Shown one piece after another: positions 47,879 through 59,756 of a stretch of DNA of 64,000 nucleotides. Positions within the stretch are counted from its first letter, which is position 1. Every line of letters begins with the position of its first letter. The position numbers and the translations under genes were made by a program. The stretch lies in contig CAXGPR010000007.1 in assembly GCA_964011675.1 (NCBI GenBank), positions 4,126 to 68,125 on the forward strand. The letters are read 5' to 3'. The notes under the pieces are model-generated. The model worked only from the letters and a program-made list of their open reading frames with translations. It searched no databases and was not told where the DNA came from. This DNA is from an uncultured bacterium (GTDB lineage: Bacteria; Latescibacterota; UBA2968; UBA8231).

Positions 47879-48532
47879 CTATGCCTGATTGCTGGATCCA
47901 GCATCTGCCACAACTTCACCATGGCAAATCCACACTTTGACGCCAACTGTTCCCGAAACGGTGTAGGCGGTCGACTGAGCGTAATCGATGTCTGCACGTA
48001 ACGTGTGCAACGGAACACGACCAGCCGGCTCAGACCGCTCACGGCGTCCCATCTCAGATCCGCCAATACGCCCTGAACATGCGATGCGTATACCCTCTGC
48101 GCCCATTCGCATAGAGGAAGCTACCGACTTTTTCATAGCTCGGCGGAAAGAAACACGCTGTTCCAACTGGCGCGCCAAGTTATCGGCGACCAACTGCGCG
48201 TCAAGTTCGGGTTTTTTAACTTCCTGAATGTTTAGTGACACGTCTTTACCCGTGAGTTGCTTCAACTCATCTCGCAGTTTATCAACTTCAGCGCCGCGAC
48301 GGCCGATAGCAATACCAGGACGTGCCGTGTGAACCTCAACGGTAACTCGCTTGGGCTGCCGCTCTATATTTATGCGAGAAACTCCTGCTCTTAGGAGACG
48401 CTGCTTGACGTATCGCCGCAGCATTTGATCTTCGTTCAAAAGTTCGGCAAAGTCTTTTTCGGCAAACCAATTGGATCGCCAACCCTTAATAACACCAAGC
48501 CGAAAGCCGTATGGGTGTGTTTTTTGTCCCAA
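47879..48532 (-). CDS. rpsC: 30S ribosomal protein S3
   Basis: [24 protein letters not shown]..., KH domain. Confidence 0.95.
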   Translation of the reverse strand: MGQKTHPYGFRLGVIKGWRSNWFAEKDFAELLNEDQMLRRYVKQRLLRAGVSRINIERQPKRVTVEVHTARPGIAIGRRGAEVDKLRDELKQLTGKDVSLNIQEVKKPELDAQLVADNLARQLEQRVSFRRAMKKSVASSMRMGAEGIRIACSGRIGGSEMGRRERSEPAGRVPLHTLRADIDYAQSTAYTVSGTVGVKVWICHGEVVADAGSSNQA

Positions 48533-48543
48533 AAAAAGCTCCC

Positions 48544-48891
48544 TTAGTTGACCTGGTCGCTGACGACCACGGTAAGATGACAGTGGCGTTTGCGAATGCG
48601 ATCAGCCGAACCGCGAGCGCGGGGGCGTATACGCTTGAGATCTCGGCCTTCGTCGGCATAAATAGCCTTAACGTAGAGATCTTCAGCATCCACTGGATTT
48701 TCTTCGTCTTGATTAATCCCATTGGAAATGGCCGACCGCAGCGTTTTCTCAACATCACGAGCTACTGGACGGGGTGAGAAGCGCAGTATTGTCAATGCCT
48801 CTTCAACAGGCTTACCCCGTACTAGATCAATCAATTGGCGCATTTTGGTAGCAGGTATGCCAACTTGCTTCAATATTGCTTTTGCTTCCAT
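48544..48891 (-). CDS. rplV: 50S ribosomal protein L22
   Basis: [33 protein letters not shown]... Confidence 0.95.
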   Translation of the reverse strand: MEAKAILKQVGIPATKMRQLIDLVRGKPVEEALTILRFSPRPVARDVEKTLRSAISNGINQDEENPVDAEDLYVKAIYADEGRDLKRIRPRARGSADRIRKRHCHLTVVVSDQVN

Positions 48892-48911
48892 AATTCTAAT
48901 ACCTGATTCCT

Positions 48912-49199
48912 TTAGCGCACTCGGCTGCCGCGTTCCGTGAGCATTCCACCGTGCCCGCGAAAAGTGCGAGTCGGTGCAAACTCACCAAGTTTGTGGCCAA
49001 CCATATTCTCGGTCACATAAACCGGAATGAACTTATTACCATTGTGTACGGCCAACGTATGACCAACGAAATCCGGAGTAATCGTGGAGCGGCGCGACCA
49101 CGTCTTTACTACTCGCTTACTGCCCGTGCGATTGAGCTCCTCTACTTTTTTCTCCAGATGGGCATCAATGAACGGGCCTTTTTTAACCGACCTTGGCAT
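48912..49199 (-). CDS. rpsS: 30S ribosomal protein S19
   Basis: [20 protein letters not shown]... [29 protein letters not shown]. Confidence 0.95.
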   Translation of the reverse strand: MPRSVKKGPFIDAHLEKKVEELNRTGSKRVVKTWSRRSTITPDFVGHTLAVHNGNKFIPVYVTENMVGHKLGEFAPTRTFRGHGGMLTERGSRVR

Positions 49200-49216
49200 C
49201 TATCAGCTCACTCCTT

Positions 49217-50053
49217 CTACTTCGAGTTGCGCCGACGCAATATCATTGCGTCAGAACGGTTCTTGTGCTTACGCGTTTTATATCCCTTAGTGGGCTTACC
49301 CCAAGGGGTCACCGGATGACGGCCACCCGAAGTCTTACCTTCTCCACCACCGTGAGGGTGGTCAACCGGATTCATAACGACTCCGCGAACCTTGGGCCGA
49401 CGCCCTAACCAGCGAGAGCGTCCGGCCTTACCCAACACCACATTCCCATGTTCGACATTACCGACCTGTCCCAAAGTCGCCATACACTGGACGGCGACTT
49501 CTCTAACTTCACCTGAGGGCAGACGCAGTTGAGCACGACCGTTTTCACCTCGACCGAGCAGTTGGACTTCAGCCCCTGCACTACGGGCAAGCTGACCACC
49601 AGCTCCAGGTTGAAGCTCAACGTTATGTATGGTCGACCCTAGAGGAACGTTGAGTAAGGGCATCGCATTTCCCACGCTTATAGGGGCATCTGAACCAGCA
49701 ACGATATCGGCACCTACCGTTAGACCAGCTGGGGCGAGGATGTACCTTTTATCACCATCGACGTAAACAACTAAGGCGATGAATGATGAGCGATTTGGAT
49801 CATACTCAATCGAAGCGACCTTACCAGGAACTCCAAGCTTGTTTCGCTTGAAGTCAATCACGCGATAGCGGCGCTTATGCCCGCCGCCGCGGCGCCGCAT
49901 AGTCATTCGTCCCTGATTATTGCGCCCACCGGATCTGCTCACCGCACCACGCAATAACGCTTTTTGCGGTTTATCTACGCTTACCTCATCAAAAGAATTA
50001 ACGGTCTTATAACGGAGCGTCGGCGTTACGGGGCGAAACTTCTTAACTGGCAT
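49217..50053 (-). CDS. rplB: 50S ribosomal protein L2
   Basis: [16 protein letters not shown]... [13 protein letters not shown]... HPHGGGEGK. Confidence 0.95.
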   Translation of the reverse strand: MPVKKFRPVTPTLRYKTVNSFDEVSVDKPQKALLRGAVSRSGGRNNQGRMTMRRRGGGHKRRYRVIDFKRNKLGVPGKVASIEYDPNRSSFIALVVYVDGDKRYILAPAGLTVGADIVAGSDAPISVGNAMPLLNVPLGSTIHNVELQPGAGGQLARSAGAEVQLLGRGENGRAQLRLPSGEVREVAVQCMATLGQVGNVEHGNVVLGKAGRSRWLGRRPKVRGVVMNPVDHPHGGGEGKTSGGRHPVTPWGKPTKGYKTRKHKNRSDAMILRRRNSK

Positions 50054-50064
50054 ATTAAATCAAC

Positions 50065-50352
50065 CTATACGTTTTCAACGACGTCAATCGAGTCACCAGC
50101 CCTAAGCGTAACGTAGGCTTTCTTCCAGCCTGCACGGCGCCCAGCATAAAGGCCCTGTCTCTTTGGTTTACTCGGCACTTTAATCGTCCGAACCGACTCT
50201 ACTTTTACATCGAAAATACTTTCGATAGCCTGCCGGATTTGAACCTTGTTGGCTTTGGAATCAACACGAAATGCATATTTGTTACCTTCGCGTAGGATTG
50301 TAGCCTTCTCGGTGATAACCGGTTTTTGTATGATCGAGCGAGGGTTGCTCAC
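50065..50352 (-). CDS. rplW: 50S ribosomal protein L23
   Basis: IIQKPVITEKATILREGNKYAFRVDSKANKVQIRQAIE. Confidence 0.93.
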   Translation of the reverse strand: MSNPRSIIQKPVITEKATILREGNKYAFRVDSKANKVQIRQAIESIFDVKVESVRTIKVPSKPKRQGLYAGRRAGWKKAYVTLRAGDSIDVVENV

Positions 50353-50363
50353 TTTAAATTCTC

Positions 50364-51014
50364 CTAGTCCTCTTCCGAGACGTGATGCTCTACGAGTTTG
50401 TCCAATGCCTGACGAGTGAAAAGCACAACATCCGCTGAGATGACGTCATACGTACCCAAAGAACCGACATGCGTCATGCTTACTCGCTGGATATTGCGGC
50501 TCGACCTTACCAACACGTTGGCATTTTCAGGCGTTATGAACAACACTTTTTGGCCATCAAGACCACAGGCGTCAATTATGTCCTTGAATGACTTGGTGCT
50601 CGGCTGTTCGAAATCAAAATCTTCGATAACTCTTATCTGTCCATCCGTATTTTTGAGTGTCAAGGCAGAGCGAAAGGCCAAGCGCTTCAAGGCCTTGGGC
50701 AACTTTGCATAATACGAACGTGGCTCAGGCCCAAAAGCAACACCACCACCTCTTATAAGAGGAGAACGGTTAGAGCCCCTACGCGCCCCACCCGTACCCT
50801 TCTGACGATGGTGTTTCTTACTAGTCCGAGCAACCTCAGATCGCGTCTTAACCTTAGCCGTCCCTTGCCGCTGGTTTGACTCGTAGGTAACTACTGCGCG
50901 ATAAAGAGAGTACTCGGATATTTCAGCGGCAAACAAATCGTCCGGCAAGTCTACCGTGCCGTTTGATTTGCCTTGCATCGTAAGAATCTCTACCTGTGTC
51001 CCCATGCCCATCAA
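50364..51014 (-). CDS. rplD: 50S ribosomal protein L4 (its TTG start overlaps the rpsJ stop; no rplC between them)
   Basis: ...[34 protein letters not shown]... is the L4 signature. The only long minus-strand ORF between rpsJ and rplW. Confidence 0.93.
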   Translation of the reverse strand: MMGMGTQVEILTMQGKSNGTVDLPDDLFAAEISEYSLYRAVVTYESNQRQGTAKVKTRSEVARTSKKHHRQKGTGGARRGSNRSPLIRGGGVAFGPEPRSYYAKLPKALKRLAFRSALTLKNTDGQIRVIEDFDFEQPSTKSFKDIIDACGLDGQKVLFITPENANVLVRSSRNIQRVSMTHVGSLGTYDVISADVVLFTRQALDKLVEHHVSEED

Positions 51015-51319
51015 ACCTTAATGTCTATGCCAATACCAGCAGGCAAATCCAACTTCATGAGCGCATCCACAGTCTGCGGCGTTGAATCGTAAATGTCGAT
51101 TAAACGCTTGTGAACGCGCGTTTCGAACTGCTCGCGCGACTTTTTATCAACGTGAGGCGAACGCAACACGGTGTAAATACTACGCGAAGTCGGCAGCGGC
51201 ACGGGACCCGCAATGCGAGCCCCGCTACGCTTTACCGTCTGTACTATTTCATCCACGGACCTGTCCAAAGCCGCATGATCATATGCTTTTAGACGAATGC
51301 GAATTCTATCAACAGCCAC
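51011..51319 (-). CDS. rpsJ: 30S ribosomal protein S10 (NusE)
   Basis: [39 protein letters not shown]... ends ...AGIGIDIKV*. Confidence 0.95.
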   Translation of the reverse strand: MAVDRIRIRLKAYDHAALDRSVDEIVQTVKRSGARIAGPVPLPTSRSIYTVLRSPHVDKKSREQFETRVHKRLIDIYDSTPQTVDALMKLDLPAGIGIDIKV

Positions 51320-51341
51320 TTGGCGTGTCTCCCAGAGTTAA

Positions 51342-52532
51342 TTACTCGATGATCTCGGTGACTACACCCGAGCCGATTGTGCGACCGCCTTCGCGGATAG
51401 CAAAGCGCAAGTTCGCTTCAACGGCAATGGGCTGAATTAAATCCACTTCCATGGTAACGTTGTCGCCAGGCATAACCATCTCGGTTCCCTCTGGCAAAGC
51501 GATCGTGCCGGTAACGTCCGTTGTACGGAAGAAAAACTGCGGGCGGTAGCCAGAGAAAAAGGGCTTTTCACGGCCACCCTCTTTGTTAGTCAATACATAA
51601 ACCTCGGCCTTAAATTTGGTGTGAGGCGTAATCGAACCCGGCTTACACACAACCATACCACGCAACAGTTCCTCTTTTTCTACACCACGGAATAGCAAAC
51701 CAACGTTGTCCCCTGCCTGACCTTCATCGAGCAATTTACGGAACATTTCGACGCCTGTAATTGTCGTTTTGCGAGTCTCGCGTATACCAACGACCTCAAC
51801 CTCTTCACTCACTTTGATAATGCCACGTTCTACGCGGCCAGTACCCACCGTGCCGCGACCAGAGATACTGAAAACATCCTCAATCGGCATCAAGAAAGGT
51901 TGATCAACGGGACGATCGGGAAGCGGAATCCACTCGTCGACGCTAGCCATGAGTTCGTCAATGGAACCCGTCCCCGTAGGCCCGTCATTCCCTTCAACGG
52001 CGGCCAAGGCCGAACCTCGAACAACGGGCGTATCGTCTCCTTCAAAGCCGTATTCGCTCAGCAATTCACGGGTCTCTAACTCAACTAAATCGAGCAATTC
52101 CTCGTCATCGACCTGATCGACTTTGTTCAGAAAGACACAAATACGGGGTACGTTAACCTGACGTGCGAGCAAGATATGCTCACGTGTTTGAATCATGGGG
52201 CCATCAGCAGCGCTAACGACCAGTATAGCGCCATCCATCTGCGCTGCACCAGTTATCATGTTCTTTATGTAGTCGGCGTGACCAGGACAGTCAACGTGAG
52301 CGTAGTGACGATTCTCCGTCTCATACTCCTGATGAGAAACATTGATTGTTACCCCACGCGCCTTTTCTTCTGGTGCATTATCAATCTCATCAATGCCTTT
52401 AGCCTGAGCCAAACCCTTGCTAGCCAAATGATTCGTAATGGCCGCAGTGAGGGTGGTTTTGCCGTGGTCGACGTGGCCGATCGTACCGATGTTAACGTGA
52501 GGCTTATTGCGCTCAAATTGTTCCTTGGCCAT
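51342..52532 (-). CDS. tuf: Elongation factor Tu
   Basis: [33 protein letters not shown]..., 396 aa. Confidence 0.97.
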   Translation of the reverse strand: MAKEQFERNKPHVNIGTIGHVDHGKTTLTAAITNHLASKGLAQAKGIDEIDNAPEEKARGVTINVSHQEYETENRHYAHVDCPGHADYIKNMITGAAQMDGAILVVSAADGPMIQTREHILLARQVNVPRICVFLNKVDQVDDEELLDLVELETRELLSEYGFEGDDTPVVRGSALAAVEGNDGPTGTGSIDELMASVDEWIPLPDRPVDQPFLMPIEDVFSISGRGTVGTGRVERGIIKVSEEVEVVGIRETRKTTITGVEMFRKLLDEGQAGDNVGLLFRGVEKEELLRGMVVCKPGSITPHTKFKAEVYVLTNKEGGREKPFFSGYRPQFFFRTTDVTGTIALPEGTEMVMPGDNVTMEVDLIQPIAVEANLRFAIREGGRTIGSGVVTEIIE

Positions 52533-52569
52533 TTCTCCAATCCTCTCCTTATAAGTTAATAGCTCTACG

Positions 52570-54657
52570 CTAGTTGTCTTTTCCGTTGACTTTGGCGATA
52601 ATCGCCTCAGTTACACTCCGAGGGACTTCGCTGTACTTAGCAAACTGCAAAGTAAATACTGCGCGTCCCTGAGTCAGGGAACGCAAACGCGTTGCGTATC
52701 CAAATGTCTCACTCAACGGAATGAAAGCCTTAATAACCTGAGCATCCGAACGCGGATTCATACCTTGCACCTCGCCACGGTGAGAATTTAGGTCACCCAT
52801 GACATCGCCCAAGTATTGCTCGGGAACAACTACTTCCAAATCCATAATGGGCTCCATGAGATAGGGATCAGACTTCGAAGCCCCGTCCTTAAAACCCATT
52901 GAACCAGCAACTTTAAACGCCATTTCCGAAGAGTCGACAGCATGCGAAGATCCGTCGACGAGCGTCACCTTAACGTCTTCAATTGGATAGCCAGCAACAG
53001 GCCCCGTAGTCATCGCTTCAGCAATGCCATCGTGTGCGGGTTTAACAAACTCACGTGGAACATTGCCACCAACGACTTTAGACTCAAAGACAAGTCCCGT
53101 TCCCGGTTCGCCGGGCTCAATCTCCAGTTCGACGTGCCCAAACTGACCGCGCCCACCAGACTGACGGACGAAACGACCCGTACCGTGAGCAGGATTGCGA
53201 AGCCCTTCCTTATAAGCGACTTGCGGTTGGCCAACGTTGGCTTCAACCTTAAACTCGCGAAAAAGACGATCTACAAGAATTTCCAAATGCAATTCGCCCA
53301 TACCAGACATAACAGTCTGTCCAGTCTCATCGTCGACTCTCACCCTAAACGTGGGATCTTCTTCACTCAACTTAGCAAGAGCGATATGTAGCTGCTCTTG
53401 ATCCGCACGCGTCTTGGGCTCTATCGCCACGTGTATAACGGGCTCTGCAAACTCAATCTTTTCAAGAACTATCGGGTTTTTCTCGTCGCAAAGCGTATCG
53501 CCCGTAGTCGTGTCCTTTAGCCCAACAAGGGCAACAATGTCACCTGCATAAGCTTGCTTTAACTCTGTCCGGTCGTTTGCATGCATTTCTACTAAACGAG
53601 AAACCCGCTCTCTCTTTTCAGTCATGACATTATACACATACGAACCCGCCTCAACCACTCCGGAGTATATACGTGCAAACGTCAAGCGCCCAACAAATGG
53701 ATCTGTCATGACCTTAAAAGCCAAGGCTGAAAAAGGCGCACCATCGTCTGTCGCACGAACAGTTTCGTCCTCGGAGTTGGGAAGCGTACCATGCGTCTCT
53801 CCAATGTCAGCAGGAGAGGGCAAATAGTAAATTACCGCATCTAGCAACCGCTGAACGCCCTTGTACTTATACGCACTACCGCAGGCAACAGGGACGGCTT
53901 TCAGTGAAACTGTCGCTTGACGCAATGCCGAACGAATCTCTTCAGGACTAATTTCTTCACCCTCAAGAAATTTCTCCAACAGTCCGTCATCAAATTCAGC
54001 AACAGCATCAAGCATCTTTTCGCGATATTCTAAAGCCTGAGGCATCAAGTCTTCTGGAATCTCTCCCTCAACGAAAGTAGACCCCTGTGATGATTCCTCA
54101 AAGGTGACTGCTATCATTTCGATCAGATCAACCATGCCATTGAACGTCTCACCAGCTCCAATGGGCAACTGAATGGGAACAAAGTTGCTGCGTAGACGCT
54201 CTTCCAACATCTCTAGGACATTGTAGAAGTCTGCCCCACTACGGTCCATCTTATTTACAAAAGCAATCCTTGGCACTCCATACTTGTCGGCTTGTCGCCA
54301 TACCGTCTCCGATTGAGGTTCAACACCTCCCACAGCACAAAAAACGCCAACAGCACCATCCAAAACGCGCAGAGACCGCTCAACCTCAGCAGTAAAGTCA
54401 ACGTGTCCAGGTGTGTCGATAATATTTACTCGATGATCGTTCCACTCACAGGCCGTTGCGGCGGATGTTATCGTTATCCCGCGCTCCCTTTCCTGCTCCA
54501 TCCAGTCCATGGTTGCAGTGCCCTCATGAACCTCACCCATCCGATGCAATCGCCCTGTATAATACAGAATGCGTTCCGTCGTCGTCGTCTTGCCTGCGTC
54601 AATGTGAGCAGCAATGCCGATATTACGGGTTCTTTCAAGTGAAAACTGACGTGCCAT
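52570..54657 (-). CDS. fusA: Elongation factor G
   Basis: [21 protein letters not shown]... DTPGHVDFT..., 695 aa. Confidence 0.97.
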   Translation of the reverse strand: MARQFSLERTRNIGIAAHIDAGKTTTTERILYYTGRLHRMGEVHEGTATMDWMEQERERGITITSAATACEWNDHRVNIIDTPGHVDFTAEVERSLRVLDGAVGVFCAVGGVEPQSETVWRQADKYGVPRIAFVNKMDRSGADFYNVLEMLEERLRSNFVPIQLPIGAGETFNGMVDLIEMIAVTFEESSQGSTFVEGEIPEDLMPQALEYREKMLDAVAEFDDGLLEKFLEGEEISPEEIRSALRQATVSLKAVPVACGSAYKYKGVQRLLDAVIYYLPSPADIGETHGTLPNSEDETVRATDDGAPFSALAFKVMTDPFVGRLTFARIYSGVVEAGSYVYNVMTEKRERVSRLVEMHANDRTELKQAYAGDIVALVGLKDTTTGDTLCDEKNPIVLEKIEFAEPVIHVAIEPKTRADQEQLHIALAKLSEEDPTFRVRVDDETGQTVMSGMGELHLEILVDRLFREFKVEANVGQPQVAYKEGLRNPAHGTGRFVRQSGGRGQFGHVELEIEPGEPGTGLVFESKVVGGNVPREFVKPAHDGIAEAMTTGPVAGYPIEDVKVTLVDGSSHAVDSSEMAFKVAGSMGFKDGASKSDPYLMEPIMDLEVVVPEQYLGDVMGDLNSHRGEVQGMNPRSDAQVIKAFIPLSETFGYATRLRSLTQGRAVFTLQFAKYSEVPRSVTEAIIAKVNGKDN

Positions 54658-54674
54658 CTTCTCTAGTCGCCTCT

Positions 54675-55145
54675 TTAAAATCTGTAGTGAGCAAAAGCTT
54701 TATTAGCTTCTGCCATGCGGTGAACGTCGTCACGCATTCGGACGGCGCCCCCCTCCCCCCTGGAAGCTGCAATAAATTCATTTGCCAAACGCTCGGCCAT
54801 CGTCCGCTCAGAACGCTCACGGGCAAAACGTATCAACCAACGGATAGAGCGAGCAGTACGTTCATCGGGGCGAACCTCTACTGGGACTTGGTAAGTTTGA
54901 CCACCCACGCGACGTGATTTGACCATCACCATAGGTTTGGCGTTCTCCAAAGCCTTCTGGAAAATATCAATAGCATCTTGACCCGCGCGCTCTTCCACCA
55001 AGTCAATGGCAAGATAGAAGATGCGCTCGGCTACGCTGCGCTTACCCTGCTTCATTAAGGAGTTTATAAAGCGAGCAGCCAACACATTATTGAACTTTGG
55101 ATCCGGCAGTAACTTGCGCTTAATAGCTTTTTTACGACGCGACAT
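54675..55145 (-). CDS. rpsG: 30S ribosomal protein S7
   Basis: [22 protein letters not shown]... Confidence 0.95.
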   Translation of the reverse strand: MSRRKKAIKRKLLPDPKFNNVLAARFINSLMKQGKRSVAERIFYLAIDLVEERAGQDAIDIFQKALENAKPMVMVKSRRVGGQTYQVPVEVRPDERTARSIRWLIRFARERSERTMAERLANEFIAASRGEGGAVRMRDDVHRMAEANKAFAHYRF

Positions 55146-55157
55146 AATCCCCTCTTA

Positions 55158-55535
55158 TCAGCCCTTATCCGGTCTGCGAGCGCCATACTTCGAGCGCCCT
55201 TGTTTGCGATCAGCTACGCCGGTTGCGTCCAAAACGCCACGCACAATATGGTAGCGAACACCTGGACAGTCTTTGACTCGACCACCTCTAACCAAGACGA
55301 TAGAGTGCTCTTGCAACGTGTGTCCCTCACCGGGAACATAGGCGGTTACTTCAATGCCAGTGGTGAGTCTTACGCGCGCCATTTTGCGTAGGGCAGAATT
55401 AGGTTTTTTAGGCGTTGTCGTGAAAACACGCGTGCAAACACCACGACGTTGCGGGCAGCTTTCAAGCGCCGGCGCATCGGTCTTTTTCAGCGTATTGCTT
55501 CGGCCTTTTCGGACCAGTTGGCTAATTGTTGGCAA
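55158..55535 (-). CDS. rpsL: 30S ribosomal protein S12
   Basis: [12 protein letters not shown]... [10 protein letters not shown]... Confidence 0.97.
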   Translation of the reverse strand: MPTISQLVRKGRSNTLKKTDAPALESCPQRRGVCTRVFTTTPKKPNSALRKMARVRLTTGIEVTAYVPGEGHTLQEHSIVLVRGGRVKDCPGVRYHIVRGVLDATGVADRKQGRSKYGARRPDKG

Positions 55536-55610
55536 AGACTTTTTTCTCCCTTAATTGCGCATAAACAGCAAACACAAAAGTTAAACGCATATCAAATAAC
55601 TGTCAATACT

Positions 55611-58600
55611 TTATTCGTCAAGAACACCTGTTTCTTCACTGGTAACAACTCCTTCACCGTCTCCGGAAACTTCGACTTCTTCATTACCTGAACCAACCAG
55701 ATCTTCGTAATCGGCACCGCGATAAATGTCCGATCCCGTACCTGCAGGAATGAGCCGCCCTATAATAACATTTTCCTTCAAGCCACGCAGGTGATCGACT
55801 TTCCCCTGCACCGCCGCTTCTGTAAGCACACGCGTTGTTTCTTGGAAAGAGGCAGCAGATATGAAACTATCTGTCCGCAAAGAAGCCCGTGTGATACCGA
55901 GCAATATGGGCTGACAGGTTGCAGGATCTCCACCTTCACCAAGGACCTTCTCGTTCTCTTTATTAAAACGAATTTTATCAACCTCTTCACCTTCGAGGAA
56001 GTTGGTATCACCCGGATCAATAATCTTCACCTTCTGTAGCATCTGACGAACAATCGTTTCAATGTGCTTATCATTAATCTCTACAGCCTGCAAGCGATAC
56101 ACATCCTGGATCTCGTTCACCAAGTATTCTTGAACTTTGTTCGTGCCTTGAACTTTCAGAATATCGTGAGGATTGACCGAACCTTCTGATAGCCGTTCAC
56201 CTGCTACAACCCGATCCCCCTCGTGCACTCTCAAGTGCTTCCCATATGGCACAAGATATTTCTTCTCTTCTTCATCAATGGACGTTACGATCAATTCGCG
56301 ATTGCCTCGAACTATGCCACCGAAACGAACCGTTCCGTCAATCTCAGAAATAACAGCGGGCTCTTTAGGTCTACGAGCTTCAAATAGTTCTGCGACACGC
56401 GGCAAACCACCCGTGATATCTCGCGTTTTCGAACGTTCACGGGGGATTTTAACAAGCACTTGGCCAGGTTGGATATCAGAATCATCCGAAACTAATAAAC
56501 GAGCCCCAACGGGAATGTGGTAAGAGCGCGTCCCTCGCTCATCGCTAGAAATCTCAATGAGTGGGTTCAAGGTGCGATCGCGCTGCTCAACAATCGTACG
56601 CGTACTCATCCCCGTAGTTTCCTCAAATTCCTCACGCATTGTGACGCCGTCGATAATATCGACAAAGCGAACTGAACCCGAACGGTCAGAGACGATTACG
56701 TTACTGTAGGGATCCCACTCATACAGCACAGAATCCGATTCGACATCTTGCCCATCTACAACTTTGAGTAAAGCACCATACGGAACAACAATCCGTGAAC
56801 GGACGCGATTTTGTTCGTCGAGTAGCTCGATCTCGCCATTGCGTCCCAACACGGTAGTTCCTAAGTCGGGATTCTCTACTGTATCGACATCGACAAAGTT
56901 AACAGATCCGACTCGGCGCGCTAAAATCTGCGAATTTTCGGCGATGCGACTAGCAGTGCCACCTATGTGAAATGTCCTCAACGTGAGCTGCGTACCCGGT
57001 TCTCCGATACTCTGTGCAGCAACGACGCCTACCGCTTCGCCAATATTTACCAGCTGGCCCGTCGCCATGTTACGACCATAGCAGTTGGCACACACACCGC
57101 GGTCCGACTCACAGGTTAACACAGACCGAATCTGCACTTCTTCTACGTCTTCAGCCTGAGAGATACGATGCGCATCAGCCTCTTCCAGTAGTTGACCGAC
57201 CTTCATAACGACCTCACCGTTCGCGTCAACAACGTCTTCCTGCAATACGCGACCAACGATTCGATCAGCCAAAGGCTGAATGACTTCCTCGCCATCCTTT
57301 AAAGCTCCGACCCACAAGCCTTGGCTCGTGCCACAGTCGATTTCGCTTATAACGACGTCTTGAGCAACATCCACCATTCGGCGCGTTAAATAACCGGCTT
57401 CGGCGGTTTTCAATGCCGTATCCGCCAGCCCCTTACGCGCTCCGTGGGTTGAGATAAAGTACTCCAACACCGAAAGTCCCTCCTTAAAAGAAGCGATAAT
57501 CGGCGTCTCAATAATTTCACCAACGGCACCTGTCAGCTTTTTCTGAGGCTTGTTCATTAAGCCTCGCATACCACCCAACTGCTTGATCTGGTCTTCACTA
57601 CCGCGAGCACCGGAATCTTTCATTATGTAGACAGAGTTGAAACCTTCCTCGGCCGCTTCGAGGGTCCCCTGCACGGCACGAGAGACGCTTGAAGTAGCAC
57701 GCGTCCATACGTCTATTATCTTGTTATAGCGCTCTCCATCAGTTATTATACCATTGGCGAACTGATCGCGAATCTTTTCGACTTCTCCTAAAGCTTCGTC
57801 TATGAGATCCGTCTTTGAATCAGGCACGACTACATCATCAATTGATATAGTTATGCCTGCCATCGTTGCATAGTTATAGCCGACACGCTTCAAGTTATCT
57901 ACAAATTCGGCAGTCCGACGATTTCCTAGCAATCGGTGCACATCGGCAGTGATCTTTTTGATGTCACCCTTGTCGATAGTACGGTTGATAAAGCCCATAT
58001 CAGACGGAAGCACTTCATTGAAAATCAGTCTGCCAACGGTCGTATCGATGATTTCACCTTCAATGCGCACTTTAATTGGCTGATGTAAGGTAATACCATC
58101 CGATTCGTAAGCTGAACGAGCATCCAACACGTTGGCGAAGCAACGCTCTTCTTTCCCCTCTTCGCTGAAACGCACCTTAGTTAAGTAGTAGCAACCCAGC
58201 ACAATATCTTGCGGGTTATCCATGATAACCGGCTCGCCATCAGCCGGTTTTAAGATATTGTTTGCTGCAAGCATGAGCAGGCGCGCTTCAATCTGCGCTT
58301 CAAATGACAGCGGAACGTGCACCGCCATCTGATCTCCGTCAAAATCTGCGTTAAATGCGGCACAAACCAAGGGGTGCAAGCGAATCGCCTTGCCCTCTAC
58401 GAGGCTCGGCTGAAAAGCCTGAATACCGAGTCGGTGCAGAGTCGGAGCCCTGTTCAACATAACGCAGTGGTCTTGGATAATCTCCTCGAGAATATCCCAG
58501 ACTTCAGGACGCTCACGCTCGACCAGTTTTTTAGCACTTTTAACGGTTTGAACCAGGCCTTTCTCTTCAAGCTTTTTGATTACGAATGGCTTAAAGAGCT

Positions 58601-59714
58601 CTAGCGCCATGCTTTTAGGTAAACCACACTGATGCAGTTTCAGTTCGGGCCCCACCACAATAACCGAGCGCCCCGAATAATCGACACGCTTACCCAACAG
58701 GTTTTGACGAAAACGGCCTTGCTTACCCTTCAGCAAGTCACTCAAAGATTTGAGAGACCGATTTCCGTCTCCTCGCACCGCACGCGACCGGCGACCGTTG
58801 TCGAACAGGGCATCGACAGCCTCCTGCAACATGCGCTTCTCATTGCGCAAAATGACTTCGGGCGCCTTGATTTGAATCAGCTTTTTTAGCCTATTGTTAC
58901 GGTTGATGACCCGACGGTATAGGTCGTTCAAATCCGAAGTAGCAAATCGCCCACCTTCCAGTGGTACAAGCGGGCGTAAGTCGGGTGGGATTATTGGAAT
59001 GTTGTCCAAGATCATCCATTCGGGACGATTCTCAGACTGACGGAATGCTTCAACCACCTTGAGACGCTTTAACGCTTCCTGTTTCCTCTGAACAGAGGTT
59101 TCCATACGCACTTGCGTACGCAGTTCAGCAGAGAGCTCTTCAATGTCAATCTCGGCTAGCAGGTTCATTACTGCCGGCGCCCCCATATCAACCTCAGGAT
59201 CATATCCTTCTTCCTGTAAATCGATCAGTTCTTCTTCAGTGAGAAGCTGAAAACGCTCGACATCTGGTGCATCTTTGGGGTCGGATACAACATAGGATTC
59301 GTAGTAGAGAACACGCTCCAGATTACGCATCGATATATCGAGCAGCGCGCCAATTCGAGAAGGTAGTGACTTAAAATACCAGATGTGAGATACCGGTACA
59401 GCCAGTTCAATATGACCGAGGCGCTCGCGACGAACTTTCGCCTGCGTAACCTCAACACCACAGCGATCGCATACGACACCCCGATAGCGAATGCCCTTGT
59501 ATTTGCCGCAGTGGCAATTCCAGTCTTTTACTGGACCAAATATACGTTCGCAAAACAAACCATCGCGTTCTGGCTTAAAAGAACGGTAATTGATAGTCTC
59601 GGGTTTTGTCACTTCCCCATGTGACCAAGCCCGAATGGTATCGGGCGAAGCCAATTGGATGCGAATCGAGTCAAAATCTGTTGGTTTTCTTGATGCACTA
59701 GCGGTCTTTAACAC
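55611..59714 (-). CDS. rpoC: DNA-directed RNA polymerase subunit beta'
   Basis: 1367 aa. Zn-finger ([23 protein letters not shown]). Catalytic NADFDGD. Trigger loop and other beta' motifs. Confidence 0.97.
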   Translation of the reverse strand: MLKTASASRKPTDFDSIRIQLASPDTIRAWSHGEVTKPETINYRSFKPERDGLFCERIFGPVKDWNCHCGKYKGIRYRGVVCDRCGVEVTQAKVRRERLGHIELAVPVSHIWYFKSLPSRIGALLDISMRNLERVLYYESYVVSDPKDAPDVERFQLLTEEELIDLQEEGYDPEVDMGAPAVMNLLAEIDIEELSAELRTQVRMETSVQRKQEALKRLKVVEAFRQSENRPEWMILDNIPIIPPDLRPLVPLEGGRFATSDLNDLYRRVINRNNRLKKLIQIKAPEVILRNEKRMLQEAVDALFDNGRRSRAVRGDGNRSLKSLSDLLKGKQGRFRQNLLGKRVDYSGRSVIVVGPELKLHQCGLPKSMALELFKPFVIKKLEEKGLVQTVKSAKKLVERERPEVWDILEEIIQDHCVMLNRAPTLHRLGIQAFQPSLVEGKAIRLHPLVCAAFNADFDGDQMAVHVPLSFEAQIEARLLMLAANNILKPADGEPVIMDNPQDIVLGCYYLTKVRFSEEGKEERCFANVLDARSAYESDGITLHQPIKVRIEGEIIDTTVGRLIFNEVLPSDMGFINRTIDKGDIKKITADVHRLLGNRRTAEFVDNLKRVGYNYATMAGITISIDDVVVPDSKTDLIDEALGEVEKIRDQFANGIITDGERYNKIIDVWTRATSSVSRAVQGTLEAAEEGFNSVYIMKDSGARGSEDQIKQLGGMRGLMNKPQKKLTGAVGEIIETPIIASFKEGLSVLEYFISTHGARKGLADTALKTAEAGYLTRRMVDVAQDVVISEIDCGTSQGLWVGALKDGEEVIQPLADRIVGRVLQEDVVDANGEVVMKVGQLLEEADAHRISQAEDVEEVQIRSVLTCESDRGVCANCYGRNMATGQLVNIGEAVGVVAAQSIGEPGTQLTLRTFHIGGTASRIAENSQILARRVGSVNFVDVDTVENPDLGTTVLGRNGEIELLDEQNRVRSRIVVPYGALLKVVDGQDVESDSVLYEWDPYSNVIVSDRSGSVRFVDIIDGVTMREEFEETTGMSTRTIVEQRDRTLNPLIEISSDERGTRSYHIPVGARLLVSDDSDIQPGQVLVKIPRERSKTRDITGGLPRVAELFEARRPKEPAVISEIDGTVRFGGIVRGNRELIVTSIDEEEKKYLVPYGKHLRVHEGDRVVAGERLSEGSVNPHDILKVQGTNKVQEYLVNEIQDVYRLQAVEINDKHIETIVRQMLQKVKIIDPGDTNFLEGEEVDKIRFNKENEKVLGEGGDPATCQPILLGITRASLRTDSFISAASFQETTRVLTEAAVQGKVDHLRGLKENVIIGRLIPAGTGSDIYRGADYEDLVGSGNEEVEVSGDGEGVVTSEETGVLDE

Positions 59715-59756
59715 ATCAGCCCCCTTTGCGTATAGACCTTTGCGGATCCGCTCAGA

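Noticed and set aside
38632-52559. Many short ORFs on the + strand opposite the ribosomal protein genes
   Set aside because: Same reasoning. The ribosomal genes on the minus strand are unambiguous and tile the region.
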